DNA of 64,000 bases from Eubacterium sp. MSJ-33 (GCF_022174665.1 NZ_CP076562.1:1-64000); one strand, 5' to 3'; counted from the stretch's first letter, positions 38,373-50,265 are shown. Translations and numbers: made by a program. The notes: generated from the sequence alone by a model not told the origin.

Positions 38373-39197
38373 ATGAGCAAGAAATTACTTTTGATCAACG
38401 ACATGGCTGGCTATGGAAAGGTTGCGTTATCCGCGATGATTCCGGTGCTTTCCCATATGAAATACGAGGTATTTAACCTGCCGACGGCAATCGTATCGAA
38501 CACACTTGATTACGGTAAGTTCGACATCCTGGATACAACCGATTACATGAAAAATGCAATCGCTGTCTGGGAACAGTTGGGCTTTGAATTCGATGCGATC
38601 TCAACCGGATTTATCGTGTCGAAGGAGCAGACCGAGCTTGTGATCGAGTTCTGTAAGGCACGGGCGGAGAAAGGCGTGACGATCTTCACAGATCCGATCA
38701 TGGGAGATGAGGGAAAACTCTATAACGGAATCACAGAGGAGACGATTGATTTGATGCGTGAACTGATTTCGGTTGCGGACTATATCGTACCGAACTATAC
38801 CGAGGCGGCATATCTGACCGAGTTTCCATATAAGGAAGATGGCATGACAGAGGAAGAGTATCATACGATGATCGACAAGCTTCGTGCATTCGGTGCGAAA
38901 TCGATTGTGATCACAAGTGCGAAGATCGCGGGCACAGATTGCAGATCGGTTGTCGGTTACGACCACAAGAAGGAAGAATATTTTAAGGTTGATTTCGAAG
39001 AGATTCCGGTACATTTCCCGGGAACGGGAGATATTTTCTCCGCCGTATTTACCGGAAAGCTTATGAGCGGTAAGGATCTGCAGACGGCAACCGCAGAGGC
39101 GATGGATGCCGTGAAGAGCATGATCGGCAAAAATGCAGATAACGTGGATAAATATAAGGGAATTCCGCTGGAAACCTGTATGGAGGTGCTTGACTGA
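38373..39197 (+). CDS. pdxK: pyridoxal/pyridoxine/pyridoxamine kinase (ribokinase/PfkB superfamily)
   Basis: PdxK/ThiD-like fold markers, GTGDIFSAVFTGKLMSG anion-hole motif. Confidence 0.65.
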   Translation: MSKKLLLINDMAGYGKVALSAMIPVLSHMKYEVFNLPTAIVSNTLDYGKFDILDTTDYMKNAIAVWEQLGFEFDAISTGFIVSKEQTELVIEFCKARAEKGVTIFTDPIMGDEGKLYNGITEETIDLMRELISVADYIVPNYTEAAYLTEFPYKEDGMTEEEYHTMIDKLRAFGAKSIVITSAKIAGTDCRSVVGYDHKKEEYFKVDFEEIPVHFPGTGDIFSAVFTGKLMSGKDLQTATAEAMDAVKSMIGKNADNVDKYKGIPLETCMEVLD

Positions 39198-39460
39198 TGG
39201 CAAGACCGAGGATTCGGATCACACTGATTGATCAGAAGGGTGAAAAGGGATGTCACAGAGGTCATAAGATCGGTGATTCCTATGATTTTGATACGGAGCG
39301 GGGGAAGCTGTGTCCGATGGCAATGCACGTTGCATTTCCGTACGTGGATATCCTGCGGTATGGCGGTGAGATACCGGGACAGGAGAAGGGCACCGCTGTT
39401 TTTGCATGTCCGGATGTGGATACGCTGAATGTATTTAAAATCGAGCGGATAGACAGTTGA
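39197..39460 (+). CDS. small Cys-containing protein (TIGR04076-like)
   Basis: 87 aa, start overlaps pdxK stop (tgATG); CHRGHKIGD...CP...C pattern. Confidence 0.45.
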   Translation: MARPRIRITLIDQKGEKGCHRGHKIGDSYDFDTERGKLCPMAMHVAFPYVDILRYGGEIPGQEKGTAVFACPDVDTLNVFKIERIDS

Positions 39461-39497
39461 TGTACGAAAAGAAAAACAATAAAAACAATAAGGATTA

Positions 39498-39526
39498 TTG
39501 ATTTTATTTGAAACATTTTGTATAAT
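39498..39526 (+). promoter_or_regulatory. promoter TTGATT-17-TGtTATAAT for pflB
   Basis: Near-consensus elements 65 nt upstream of pflB start. Confidence 0.45.
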
Positions 39527-39592
39527 ACAGTCAGAGTTTATATTACATCTAATATAAAACATAATATAAATAATTTGAAAGGAGAAACTATT

Positions 39593-41869
39593 ATGTTACA
39601 GAACCAGGAATGGGAATCATTCACAGGTAGACTCTGGAAGGAAGAGTGCAACGTAAGAGACTTCATCCAGAACAACTACACACCTTATGATGGAGACGAG
39701 AGCTTCCTTGCAGGACCAACAGATGCTACGAACAAGCTCTGGGATAAGCTTCAGGCTCTTCAGAAGGCAGAGAGAGACAACGGTGGTGTATTGAAGGAGG
39801 ACGCAGATGTTGTATCCAGCATTACAGCATATGGTCCTGGTTACATTGATCCAGAGACAAAGGATCTTGAGCAGATCGTAGGTCTTCAGACAGACGAGCC
39901 ACTTAAGAGAGCATTTATGCCTTACGGTGGTATCAAGATGGCAGAGGAAGCACTCGAGATGTACGGATACAAGCCAAACGAGAACTTCCACAAGATCTTC
40001 ACAGATTATCACAAGACACATAATCAGGCAGTATTTGATGCTTATACACCAGAGATGATGGCAGCTCGTCATACACATATCGTAACAGGTTTGCCAGATA
40101 CTTATGGTCGTGGTCGTATCGTTGGTGATTACAGAAGAGTCGCTCTTTACGGTATTGATCAGCTGATCGCTTGGAAGCAGGAAGATAAGGCTAACTGTGG
40201 CGATGGTAATATGTACGATGACGTTATTCGTCAGAGAGAAGAGTTGACAGAGCAGATCAGACGTCTTCAGGAAATGAAGGTTATGGCTCAGTCATACGGC
40301 TATGATATTTCTAAGCCAGCTTCAAGCGCGAAGGAAGCTGTTCAGTGGTTATACTTCGGATACCTTGCAGCTATCAAGACACAGAATGGTGCTGCTATGT
40401 CCGTAGGACGTGTATCTACATTCCTTGATATCTATATCGAGAGAGATATTAAGGCTGGTAAGCTTACAGAGGCTCAGGCTCAGGAGCTTATCGATCACTT
40501 CACAATGAAGCTTCGTATGGTTAAGTTCGCAAGAATTAAGTCATACAACGAGTTGTTCTCAGGTGACCCTGTATGGGCTACACTTGAAGTCGGTGGTATT
40601 GGTATGGACGGACGTTCAATGGTTACAAAGAACGACTACAGATTCCTTCATACTCTTGAGGATATGGGACCTGCTCCAGAGCCAAACCTTACAGTACTTT
40701 ACTCTTCAGCATTGCCTAACAACTTCAAGACATATGCTGCTAAGATCTCTGTAAGAACAAGCTCAATCCAGTACGAGAACGATGATGTAATGAAGCCAAT
40801 CTGGGGCGATGATTACTCAATCTGCTGTTGTGTATCTGCTACACAGACAGGTAAGGAAATGCAGTTCTTCGGAGCTCGTGCAAACCTTGCTAAGTGTCTC
40901 CTGTACGCTATCAACGGTGGTAAGGATGAGAAGTTCCTTGATAAGAAGACAGGTAAGCCAATGCAGGTAGGTCCTGACTACGCTCCTATTACTTCTGAGT
41001 ACCTTGACTATGATGAAGTACTTGCTAAGTACAAGCAGATGCTTGACTGGTTAGCAGGACTTTATGTAAATATCCTGAACCTGATTCAGTACATGCATGA
41101 CAAGTACTACTATGAATCAGCAGAGATGGCATTGATCGATACAGATGTACGTCGTACATTTGCTACAGGTATTGCCGGATTCTCACACGTTATCGATTCC
41201 CTTTCAGCTATCAAGTATGCTAAGGTTAAGGTTATCCGTAACGCAGAGACAGGACTTGCAGAAGACTTCGAGATCGAAGGCGAGTTCCCTAAGTATGGTA
41301 ATGATGATGACAGAGCAGATAATATCGGTGTATGGCTGCTTCATGAGTTCCTTATGGACATCAAGAAGAGACACACATACCGTGATTCAGAGCCTACAAC
41401 ATCTATCCTTACAATCACATCTAACGTAGTATATGGTAAGTTCACAGGTAACCTTCCAGATGGTAGACGTGCTTGGACACCATTTGCTCCAGGTGCTAAC
41501 CCAAGCTACGGTGCTGAGACATCAGGACTTCTTGCATCTCTGAACTCAGTTGCTAAGATTCCTTATGAGTGGTCTTTGGATGGTATCTCAAATACTCAGA
41601 CAATGAACCCATCTGCACTTGGTCATGATGAGGCCGAGAGAGCTGAGAAGCTTGTAAGCGCTATGGATGGTTACTTCGATCAGGGCGCTCACCACTTGAA
41701 CGTAAACGTATTCGGTAAGGATAAGCTCCTGGATGCTATGGAGAACCCAGATAAGCCAGAGTACGCTAACTTCACAATCCGTGTATCTGGATACGCTGTT
41801 AAGTTTATCTCTCTTACACGTGAGCAGCAGCTCGATGTTATCAACAGAACATTCCATGACTCACTTTAA
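39593..41869 (+). CDS. pflB: formate C-acetyltransferase (pyruvate formate-lyase)
   Basis: 758 aa; glycyl-radical motif RVSGYAV near C-terminus; active-site CC (ICCCVSA); RBS aaaggag. Confidence 0.92.
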   Translation: MLQNQEWESFTGRLWKEECNVRDFIQNNYTPYDGDESFLAGPTDATNKLWDKLQALQKAERDNGGVLKEDADVVSSITAYGPGYIDPETKDLEQIVGLQTDEPLKRAFMPYGGIKMAEEALEMYGYKPNENFHKIFTDYHKTHNQAVFDAYTPEMMAARHTHIVTGLPDTYGRGRIVGDYRRVALYGIDQLIAWKQEDKANCGDGNMYDDVIRQREELTEQIRRLQEMKVMAQSYGYDISKPASSAKEAVQWLYFGYLAAIKTQNGAAMSVGRVSTFLDIYIERDIKAGKLTEAQAQELIDHFTMKLRMVKFARIKSYNELFSGDPVWATLEVGGIGMDGRSMVTKNDYRFLHTLEDMGPAPEPNLTVLYSSALPNNFKTYAAKISVRTSSIQYENDDVMKPIWGDDYSICCCVSATQTGKEMQFFGARANLAKCLLYAINGGKDEKFLDKKTGKPMQVGPDYAPITSEYLDYDEVLAKYKQMLDWLAGLYVNILNLIQYMHDKYYYESAEMALIDTDVRRTFATGIAGFSHVIDSLSAIKYAKVKVIRNAETGLAEDFEIEGEFPKYGNDDDRADNIGVWLLHEFLMDIKKRHTYRDSEPTTSILTITSNVVYGKFTGNLPDGRRAWTPFAPGANPSYGAETSGLLASLNSVAKIPYEWSLDGISNTQTMNPSALGHDEAERAEKLVSAMDGYFDQGAHHLNVNVFGKDKLLDAMENPDKPEYANFTIRVSGYAVKFISLTREQQLDVINRTFHDSL

Positions 41870-41974
41870 TTAGAAGTTTGTCAAAAATGTTTTTGATAGA
41901 TAAGTAATTCACTGGAGTCCCGGAGATACTATCTCCGGGACTTTTTATAAAAATAAAATTGTTAGAGGTGGAAC

Positions 41975-42823
41975 ATGCCGGAGAAGAAACAGATTTTAGG
42001 TTATATTCATTCAACAGAGAGCTTTGGAGCCGTAGATGGACCAGGTATCCGATTTGTAGTATTTTTGCAAGGCTGTAAGATGCGTTGTAAATACTGTCAT
42101 AACCCGGAGACGTGGAATCTGGTAACCGATTACACAAAGCTCTATGCAGACACAACGGATGATAAAGAACGAGAAGAACTCGAAAAGAAAATTGAAGAGA
42201 ACACAAAACTGCTGCTAGATAAAGGCGTCAAGGTTGAAGCGAGAACTCCGGAAGATCTGCTCAAGCAGGCACTTCGTTATAAGCCTTATTGGAAGGGCGA
42301 TGGAGGAATAACCGTCAGCGGAGGCGAAGCGCTTCTGCAGATGGACTTTTTGATTGAATTCTTCAAGCTTGCAAAAGCACAGGGGATTCACACAACGATT
42401 GATACAGCGGGCAATCCATTTACAAGAGAGGAGCCTTTCTTCTCGAAGTTCAATGAACTGATGGCACTCACTGATTTGTTCCTGCTTGATATCAAGCAGA
42501 TTGAGGACGACAAACACCGGGAGCTGACAGGGTTCTCGAATAAGAATATATTAGACCTGGCACAGTATCTCTCCGATCAGGGAAAGCATATGTGGATTCG
42601 ACATGTCCTTGTGCCGGGCGTAACAACCGACGAAGCAGACTTGAAGAAGACGGCTGAGTTTATCAAGACTTTGAAGACGGTTGACCGTGTGGAGGTATTG
42701 CCATACCATAAGCTTGGAATCCAGGAGTGGGAGCGCCTTGGAATCCCTTATAAGCTGGAAGGAATCGATCCTCCAACGGACGAACAGCAAAAAATTGCAA
42801 GAGAGATTTTGGATGCAAAGTAA
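41975..42823 (+). CDS. pflA: pyruvate formate-lyase activating enzyme (radical SAM) with ~35-aa acidic/Lys insertion
   Basis: CKMRCKYCHNPETW CX3CX2C; GGEALL; insertion DTTDDKEREELEKKIEENTKLLLDKGVKVEARTPEDL. Confidence 0.9.
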   Translation: MPEKKQILGYIHSTESFGAVDGPGIRFVVFLQGCKMRCKYCHNPETWNLVTDYTKLYADTTDDKEREELEKKIEENTKLLLDKGVKVEARTPEDLLKQALRYKPYWKGDGGITVSGGEALLQMDFLIEFFKLAKAQGIHTTIDTAGNPFTREEPFFSKFNELMALTDLFLLDIKQIEDDKHRELTGFSNKNILDLAQYLSDQGKHMWIRHVLVPGVTTDEADLKKTAEFIKTLKTVDRVEVLPYHKLGIQEWERLGIPYKLEGIDPPTDEQQKIAREILDAK

Positions 42824-42866
42824 TTTTGCTTATAGAATCAGAATAAGACAATATAAGAAAACGAAT

Positions 42867-42913
42867 GAGACTGCACAATATTCAGAAAGATGAGTATTGT
42901 GCAGTCTTATTTT
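42867..42913 (+). terminator. rho-independent terminator
   Basis: agactgcacaata / tattgtgcagtct 13-bp stem + T-run. Confidence 0.55.
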
Positions 42914-43028
42914 ATTTTAGAAATGGAATAAAAATAGAGATTTGGAATAGAAAAGTAGGCTGTAACGTGCTATGATTTCATACAGTTAGTCGTGACAAAC
43001 AAACGTTGCATATGGAGAGAATCAAGAT

Positions 43029-44063
43029 ATGAATAAGAGATTACAGACAATTATTAAGCGGAGTAAGTATCTGGAAGCGCTGATAGGAAGAATTCCGCCA
43101 GAGATGTTATCCTTCTTCTTAGACAAATTGCAGATTGAAATATCGGAGCTGTCCAGGGAGGTAACACATTTAAAAATGGGACAAGATGATGAGTATATGA
43201 ATTTTGTCACACCGCTGGAGGGAATTGAGATTCTGGAATACTACATGGCAGGAATGGATCAGGTGCCGGGACATGAACAGGCACAGGCAATGGATAATAC
43301 CACTGTGATTCATTATTGTAACCGGGGACAGGCAGAAATCCGGGTACAGGATGGCAGGTATGCGTATATGAAGCCGGGAGAATTCTGTATTGAGTGGCAC
43401 CAGCAGGTCGGGAAGCAGTTTAATTTCTACAATGAATCCTATGGTGGATTAGAGATTATAATGACGCTGGATGGTATCAGTGATGAGGATGAAGCATTGC
43501 TCCGGCGGTTTGGAATCGATCTGGACTTGATACAGGAAGCGTATGACCGGAATGATGATTACTTTATCGGACGGTGTACGGACAGATTCCAGGCAGCTTT
43601 CGAGGTTTTGGCGGAGAGCATACAGGATGGCAGGAGTGAGAAAAGCACATATCTGATCTCTACACTGTATGTGTTGAATCTGATTCAGACGGAGGCGATT
43701 CCGAAGTTAGAACAACAGTTTTATCTGACGAAGGGACAGCGGAAGATCGTGCAGGAGATCCACGACCGTATCGTGCAGAATCTGGCGGAGGATATCTCTA
43801 TGACAGAGCTTGAAGCGAGTTATCCGGTCAGCACCGTTTCGCTGAACAAATATTTTGAGATCGTATATGGAAGCACAGTCAAACGGTATATGCAGAATCT
43901 CCGGATGCAGGAGGCGGCGAAAAAGCTTGTGACTGGAACAGATTCGATTGCGGATATCGCACTCGCAGTCGGGTATGAGAGCCAGAGCAAATTCGGTACC
44001 GTTTTTAAGCGGAAATATGGACATACACCATTGGAATATAGAAGATTATATGGAGGAAAATAA
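43029..44063 (+). CDS. AraC-family transcriptional regulator
   Basis: C-terminal double HTH (AraC signature), N-terminal sensing domain. Confidence 0.75.
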   Translation: MNKRLQTIIKRSKYLEALIGRIPPEMLSFFLDKLQIEISELSREVTHLKMGQDDEYMNFVTPLEGIEILEYYMAGMDQVPGHEQAQAMDNTTVIHYCNRGQAEIRVQDGRYAYMKPGEFCIEWHQQVGKQFNFYNESYGGLEIIMTLDGISDEDEALLRRFGIDLDLIQEAYDRNDDYFIGRCTDRFQAAFEVLAESIQDGRSEKSTYLISTLYVLNLIQTEAIPKLEQQFYLTKGQRKIVQEIHDRIVQNLAEDISMTELEASYPVSTVSLNKYFEIVYGSTVKRYMQNLRMQEAAKKLVTGTDSIADIALAVGYESQSKFGTVFKRKYGHTPLEYRRLYGGK

Positions 44064-44075
44064 GATGTTTATTCA

Positions 44076-44763
44076 GATGCAGCATGCAAAGAAAAGCTAT
44101 GGAAAGGGAGAAAGGGAAGTACACGCATTGGATGATACGGAGCTTGCTTTAGAGCAGGGCAAGATCTATGTGATCTTAGGACCATCCGGTTCCGGAAAAA
44201 GTACGATGTTAAATATGCTTGGCGGTCTGGATTCGCTCGATTCTGGAAGTATCACTGTGGATGGAAAGGAGATTTCCAAACTGAAATCAGGCGAGCTTAC
44301 GAAGTACCGTCGGTCCGATGTCGGATTTGTATTCCAGTTTTATAATCTGATTCCAGATCTGACAGTGAAGGAAAATATACAGGTCGTATCGGACATCGCA
44401 AAAGAACCATTGCCATTGGACGAAGTGATGCAGGCAGTGGATATCGGGAAATATAAGGATCGTTTTCCAAATGAACTTTCCGGTGGACAGCAGCAGAGAG
44501 TTGCAATCGCACGTGCGATCATCAAGAATCCGAAGCTTCTGCTGTGTGATGAGCTGACCGGAGCACTTGATTCCAAGACATCTAAGAATGTGTTGAAGTT
44601 CGTGGAGAAGGTCAATGCGCAGTTTGGCACGACTGTCGCAATCATCACCCACAATGAGATGATCGCGGGTATGGCAGATGGTGTGATCCGGATCAAGGAT
44701 GGCAAGGTTGTCGCAAACAAAGTAAATGAGACGAAGATTCCAGCAGATAAGCTGGAGCTGTAA
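44076..44763 (+). CDS. ABC transporter ATP-binding protein (MacB/FtsE-like), paralog of 7391-8110
   Basis: [28 protein letters not shown]. Confidence 0.85.
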
Positions 44764-44774
44764 GGGGTGGCGAC

Positions 44775-47051
44775 ATGACATTAAATAAGAGATACATACG
44801 AAATATCAAACAGAATCTGTCCTTTTATATATGCGTGATGCTCCTGACAGCGGCTGCGATTATTTTATATGTTGCATGTAGCGGCGCCAGCCGTGGCGAG
44901 GGTGATTATCTGGACAAATTTTTCGAGGAAAATCACGTGGAGGACGCACAGTTTGCAACATATCAGAGCATTGACAAGGATGCACAGCAGACACTTTCAG
45001 AAAAGTATGATGTGACGATCGAAGAACAATCATACGCAGATTTTGATGTGGATGATCCAGACTGTGATGTGCGGGTTGGAAGTGATATTGCGGAGGAATA
45101 TACGATCCGTGTATTTGATCCTACTGAGAAGATTGATACCTATGAGGTATTAGATGGTAATGACGTGCAGGCGGGGGATGAAATCCTGCTGACACCGAGA
45201 ATGATGTCGTTACGGGGATTTGAGATCGGAGATACGATTGAGCTTGGTGAAAAACGTTATACGATCGTTGGTTCGATGGCACGCCCGGATTATTTATCTC
45301 CATATATAAATAATTCAGATAATATGTTCCAGTTCGATGTATTTGGCTGTGCGATTGTCAGCAAGACGGCATATGAGGAGATAGAGCCGGCAAAGAAAAA
45401 CACCTATTACAGTGTGATCTATGGAGAAAATTCCGACGAGAAAGCATTTCGGAAGGCGGTTCATGAGGACTATTACATTCTCTCATATATAGCAGCCACG
45501 TCCAATATGCGAATCCGGACGTCTAGAAACGAGATCAAGACACTGGATATGTACACAGGCATGATTCTGCCGGTTATGGTGCTGTTCATCGTGCTTTTAA
45601 TCGCAATCGTGCTCGGTAGAAAGATCAAGTCCGAAGCAAAACAGATTGGAGTGCTGAGCGCACTTGGCTATGGCAAAGGACGGCTGGCACTGCATTACGG
45701 AATATTTGGACTGATTCCGGGCGTTGGCGGCGCGTTGCTTGGAAGCCTCTCTGCAATTCCACTTCGGGATGCAATGATAGAAATGATGTTTGGTAACAAG
45801 ATAGAGAAGCTGCCGGTTGATTACAGCTCTTCTATACAGCAGATGATATATGTGTGCCTGATTCCGGTCGTTGCATATGTGCTGGTTGCGATGCTTGCGG
45901 CACTTCGGGTTCTTCGGTTAAAGACGGTGGATCTTCTGCATGGAAATGGCGGTGTGAAGCGGCATAACCGGATGCGCATGGCGAAATCAAAGCTGAAATT
46001 CACGACGAAGTTTAAGCTTCGGGCATTGATTGGAAACTGGTCAAGAAGTCTGGTCGTAATTTTCGGTGTTGCGGTTGGCGGAATCCTGATGATATTCTGT
46101 TATGCATGCGTGGATTCACTGGAGAATTTCTGTGACAAGTCCGTGCATGAAGTCGGAAGCTATGAGTACGAATATTTCCTGACCGATATCCGCACAGAGC
46201 CTGTGACCGATGCGACTCCGATCATGATCGGAAATTTCGGTGTGGAAGGCAGCGAGACAAACATGTTGTATATGGGTATGGATAATAATCCATATATGGG
46301 ACTGAAAAACACGCAGGGCGAGGAGCTGACGCTGATGAAGGGAAAGCATTACATATCGGCGATGGCGTCCATGCTCTATAATGTGACGAAGGGGGAAACA
46401 CTTCGGTTCTACAATCTGGCAACGATGGAGGAATACTCGGTCACGATTGATGATGTGATACAGAATGACTGTCAGAGTATCCTGTATGGAAACTGGGCGG
46501 ATGCCTGTGCATTTATGGATGTTCCAGAGGGAAGCTATAATGCGCTGATGTCAGACAAAAAGCTGGATCTTGAAGAATCCGAATATCTGTCTTGTTTGTC
46601 AAAACAGGCGTTGTCCGATCAGATCAATGAGATCACGGTTAGTATGAAACAGCTTATCAATATCAGTCTTGTCTTTGCTGCCGTGATTATCGTAATCAGT
46701 ATCTATCTGATGGTGAACATGCTGATCAACGAGAACGCATCGTCCATCTCGATGCTGAAGGTGCTTGGATATGAAGACAAGGAAATTAACCGGATGATCA
46801 TTCATATATATCATATTCTGATTCCAATTGGATTTGTGATGAGTGCGGTTGGCGGTGTGGTATTGTGCCGGATGAATTTTGAGGCGAGCGTCAGTGCCTA
46901 CAATACTTATATCGAAACGGTTTACAAACCGCAGGGATTCATAATATTCGCAGTCTTGCTGGTTGCAAGCTATGTTGTATCCCTGTTGTTGCTTGGTCGG
47001 AAAGTGAAGCGGGCGGATATGATCGAGAGTCTGAAGGATAACCGGGAGTAG
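44775..47051 (+). CDS. ABC transporter permease, FtsX-like two-repeat (758 aa), paralog of 8110-10587
   Basis: Two FtsX 4-TM bundles, large extracytoplasmic domains. Confidence 0.8.
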   Translation: MTLNKRYIRNIKQNLSFYICVMLLTAAAIILYVACSGASRGEGDYLDKFFEENHVEDAQFATYQSIDKDAQQTLSEKYDVTIEEQSYADFDVDDPDCDVRVGSDIAEEYTIRVFDPTEKIDTYEVLDGNDVQAGDEILLTPRMMSLRGFEIGDTIELGEKRYTIVGSMARPDYLSPYINNSDNMFQFDVFGCAIVSKTAYEEIEPAKKNTYYSVIYGENSDEKAFRKAVHEDYYILSYIAATSNMRIRTSRNEIKTLDMYTGMILPVMVLFIVLLIAIVLGRKIKSEAKQIGVLSALGYGKGRLALHYGIFGLIPGVGGALLGSLSAIPLRDAMIEMMFGNKIEKLPVDYSSSIQQMIYVCLIPVVAYVLVAMLAALRVLRLKTVDLLHGNGGVKRHNRMRMAKSKLKFTTKFKLRALIGNWSRSLVVIFGVAVGGILMIFCYACVDSLENFCDKSVHEVGSYEYEYFLTDIRTEPVTDATPIMIGNFGVEGSETNMLYMGMDNNPYMGLKNTQGEELTLMKGKHYISAMASMLYNVTKGETLRFYNLATMEEYSVTIDDVIQNDCQSILYGNWADACAFMDVPEGSYNALMSDKKLDLEESEYLSCLSKQALSDQINEITVSMKQLINISLVFAAVIIVISIYLMVNMLINENASSISMLKVLGYEDKEINRMIIHIYHILIPIGFVMSAVGGVVLCRMNFEASVSAYNTYIETVYKPQGFIIFAVLLVASYVVSLLLLGRKVKRADMIESLKDNRE

Positions 47052-47074
47052 GAATATTTTCTATAATTAATTAA

Positions 47075-47108
47075 GAAGCTGTATCTGTAATGGGTGCAGC
47101 TTTTTTGA
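47075..47108 (+). terminator. rho-independent terminator
   Basis: gaagctg...cagctt stem + tttttt. Confidence 0.55.
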
Positions 47109-47158
47109 TATAGGAAAAGATTATAACAAACCATCATTTTTATGTATGACTGTCTGTA

Positions 47159-47187
47159 TTGACATAACAGAGGAAGCACGTTATAAT
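47159..47187 (+). promoter_or_regulatory. consensus sigma-A promoter TTGACA-17-TATAAT for metNIQ
   Basis: Perfect hexamers with 17-bp spacer 83 nt upstream of metN. Confidence 0.55.
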
Positions 47188-47269
47188 CTGAAACCATGAA
47201 AGAGAAACAAATAGAATATCAGATAGGAAAAGTAGGGTATAAAACCTGCGTGGGAAAGGAAGTACGTCT

Positions 47270-48316
47270 ATGGCAATCATCCAGATACAAGATGTATCCA
47301 AAAAATTTCAGACAAAAGACGGCGAGATCGACGCGTTGAAGCATGTGACGCTCGACATTGAAGCCGGAGACATATATGGTATCATCGGTATGTCCGGTGC
47401 AGGAAAGAGTACACTCGTACGATGTATCAACCATATCGAGGTTCCGACTGAGGGAACGGTGATCGTGCAGGATAAGGATCTGAGCAAACTTTCCGAGAAA
47501 GAGCTTCGCAAGCAGCGGGAACATATCGGCATGATCTTCCAGCATTTCAATTTGTTGATGCAGAAGTCCGTATTGGAGAATGTATGCTTCCCATTGTTTA
47601 TTCAGGGGAAGTCGAAGGCAGAGGCAAAGAAGAAAGCTTATGAGCTTCTGGATATCGTAGGTCTGAAGGATCGTGCCAAAGCGTATCCATCTCAGTTATC
47701 CGGTGGGCAGAAACAGCGTGTGGCGATTGCGAGAGCCTTAGCTTCCGATCCTCAGATTCTTCTGTGTGATGAGGCAACGAGTGCGTTAGACCCACAGACA
47801 ACTTCTTCGATTCTCGCTTTGTTGAAGGATATCAATAAAAGGTTTGGTATCACAATCGTTGTGATCACACACCAGATGGCAGTTGTCCGGGAGATTTGTA
47901 ACAGGGTAGCAATTATGAAGGATGGACAGGTGGTCGAGAACGGATGTACTGTAGAGATCTTCAATCATCCAAAGTCAGAGGTGGCAAGAGAGCTGCTCAG
48001 AAAGGACGATGGTGGAGATACCACCGGTGACGATCAGCAGACAGCGAACCAGATTCAGGACGGAACGAAGATACGAATCGTATTTACAGAAAACTCTGCA
48101 TTTGAACCGGTCATTGCAAATATGATACTGACATTTAAGGAGCCAATCAACATCCTGAAAGCTGCAACTAAGAATGTTGGCGGCGTGGCAAAGGGAGAGA
48201 TGATATTAGAGATTCCGAATGGTTCCACGAATGTGAAAGCGATGGAACAGTATCTGATTGACCGGGGACTTGAGATAGAAGAGTTGTCGGAGACAAAGAC
48301 AGGAGGTGCGTTCTAA
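47270..48316 (+). CDS. metN: methionine ABC transporter ATP-binding protein (with C-terminal NIL domain)
   Basis: Walker [19 protein letters not shown]-terminal ~100-aa NIL-type regulatory domain. Confidence 0.85.
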   Translation: MAIIQIQDVSKKFQTKDGEIDALKHVTLDIEAGDIYGIIGMSGAGKSTLVRCINHIEVPTEGTVIVQDKDLSKLSEKELRKQREHIGMIFQHFNLLMQKSVLENVCFPLFIQGKSKAEAKKKAYELLDIVGLKDRAKAYPSQLSGGQKQRVAIARALASDPQILLCDEATSALDPQTTSSILALLKDINKRFGITIVVITHQMAVVREICNRVAIMKDGQVVENGCTVEIFNHPKSEVARELLRKDDGGDTTGDDQQTANQIQDGTKIRIVFTENSAFEPVIANMILTFKEPINILKAATKNVGGVAKGEMILEIPNGSTNVKAMEQYLIDRGLEIEELSETKTGGAF

Positions 48317-48975
48317 TGTGGACAGAACAGGTTTGTTCCATGATTGGAACAGGTATTCTTGAGACGTTATACATGACAGTTGTTTCAACTGTATTTGGAT
48401 ATTTATTTGGACTGCCGATGGGAATTCTCCTCTGCATCACAGATAAAGAGGGATTGAAGCCAAATAAGGTGATATATAAGATTCTGGATGTAATCGCGAA
48501 CATCGTGCGAAGCATACCGTTTTTGATCTTGTTGATCCTGCTGATTCCATTTACAAGATTGTTGCTTGGAAAAAGTTATGGTTCGACTGCAACGATCGTC
48601 CCACTGACGGCAGCGGCGATTCCGTTTATCGCAAGAATGGTAGAGTCTTCACTGAAGGAAGTCGATTACGGAGTCATCGAAGCAGCGAAAGCGATGGGTG
48701 CAAGCAACAGCAGAATCATCTTCAGGGTATTGCTTGTTGAGGCGAGAACTTCCCTGATCACGGGTGCAACGATTGCAATCGGAACGATCCTTGGATATTC
48801 CGCAATGGCAGGTGCAGTCGGCGGTGGCGGACTTGGAGATATCGCAGTCCGTTACGGATATTACCGGTATCAGACAGATATTATGCTTGTTACGGTGGCG
48901 TTACTGATTGTGATTGTACAGGTATTTCAGTCGATTGGTATGTTCGTTGCAAACCGTCTGGATCGTAGAAAATAA
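48316..48975 (+). CDS. metI: methionine ABC transporter permease
   Basis: 5-TM MetI-type permease, start overlaps metN stop. Confidence 0.85.
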   Translation: MWTEQVCSMIGTGILETLYMTVVSTVFGYLFGLPMGILLCITDKEGLKPNKVIYKILDVIANIVRSIPFLILLILLIPFTRLLLGKSYGSTATIVPLTAAAIPFIARMVESSLKEVDYGVIEAAKAMGASNSRIIFRVLLVEARTSLITGATIAIGTILGYSAMAGAVGGGGLGDIAVRYGYYRYQTDIMLVTVALLIVIVQVFQSIGMFVANRLDRRK

Positions 48976-49093
48976 TTTGCAATATATGCGGGAATCGGAA
49001 TGTGCACACCGAAACCTGCTTATATATAAAGTAATGGATCATTGGATAAAAGTTTTCAAGGATCACAAAAACAGGAAAGAGAGGACATGAATT

Positions 49094-49921
49094 ATGAAGA
49101 AATCAATTAAGAAATTACTCGCACTGACACTGACAGGTGCATTTTTGGTAGGAGCACTCACAGGCTGCGGAAAGGGCGGCAAGGACGATAAGACAATCAC
49201 AGTTGCAGCATCTGCAACACCACACGCTGAGATTTTGGAGTATGCAAAGGATAAGCTCAAGGAGCAGGGATATGATCTGCAGGTAACTGTCTTTGATGAC
49301 TATGTAAAGCCAAACGAGGTTGTAGAAAGCGGTGACTTTGATGCCAACTACTTCCAGCATGTACCATATCTGGAAAGCTTCAATGAGGAGAAGGGTACAC
49401 ACCTTGCGGTAGCAGGTAAGATTCACTACGAGCCATTCGGCATCTATCCGGGAACAAAGAAGAGTTTAGATGAGATCGCAGACGGCGATTCTATCGCAGT
49501 ACCAAACGATACAACAAATGAGGCAAGAGCATTGCTTCTTCTTCAGGATAATGGGATCATAACATTGAAGGATGGTGCAGGTATCAACGCAACTGTCAAT
49601 GACATCGCTGAGAATCCTCACAATGTAAAGATTGTTGAGCTTGAGGCTGCACAGGTAGCCAGAGTTGTTGAAGAGACAGCCTTTGTCGTATTGAATGGTA
49701 ACTATGCACTTGCTGCTGGTTTCTCTGTTGGAAAGGATGCACTTGCTTATGAGAAGAGTGATTCTGAAGCTGCCAAGACTTATGTAAATGTAATCGCAGT
49801 AAAGGAAGGAAACGAGGACAGCGCAAAGATCAAGGCACTTGTAGATGTATTGAAGTCTGACGATGTGAAGAAGTACATCAATGATACCTACGATGGAGCG
49901 GTTCTTCCTTACGAGGAGTAA
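49094..49921 (+). CDS. metQ: MetQ/NlpA-family methionine-binding lipoprotein
   Basis: Lipobox LTGCGK; NlpA family pattern. Confidence 0.85.
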   Translation: MKKSIKKLLALTLTGAFLVGALTGCGKGGKDDKTITVAASATPHAEILEYAKDKLKEQGYDLQVTVFDDYVKPNEVVESGDFDANYFQHVPYLESFNEEKGTHLAVAGKIHYEPFGIYPGTKKSLDEIADGDSIAVPNDTTNEARALLLLQDNGIITLKDGAGINATVNDIAENPHNVKIVELEAAQVARVVEETAFVVLNGNYALAAGFSVGKDALAYEKSDSEAAKTYVNVIAVKEGNEDSAKIKALVDVLKSDDVKKYINDTYDGAVLPYEE

Positions 49922-49985
49922 TAGGATTAAGTGGAACCAATAAGAATTTGTTATATACAAAATAAAAACATATAAACCACAGATA

Positions 49986-50030
49986 AACGCTCTGCTGTAT
50001 GGGATGTATTCCATATGGCAGGGCGTTTTG
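49986..50030 (+). terminator. rho-independent terminator
   Basis: acgctctgctgtatgg / ccatatggcagggcgt stem (G-U pairs) + tttt. Confidence 0.5.
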
Positions 50031-50265
50031 TCGCTGCAGGAAGGTATAAATGAAATGAATAGGATATATAATCTGCTATGAACACATGGAAATTGCTAAA
50101 AACAAAAAAATCTAAAGTAAATACCATGAATATAGAGAAAAAATATAGAAAAATATCATTTTAACTCTTGTTTTTTGCGGGAAATGTCTATAGAATAGTA
50201 AACAGACGGTTTAAATGCATGATTTATACAATGCAAATAAATGTGAAAGGTATAAGGTAGCTGAA

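Noticed and set aside
47188-47269. SAM (S-box) riboswitch upstream of metNIQ
   Set aside because: The leader between the consensus promoter and metN is only ~80 nt. It lacks the S-box conserved helices. It is too short for a SAM-I element.
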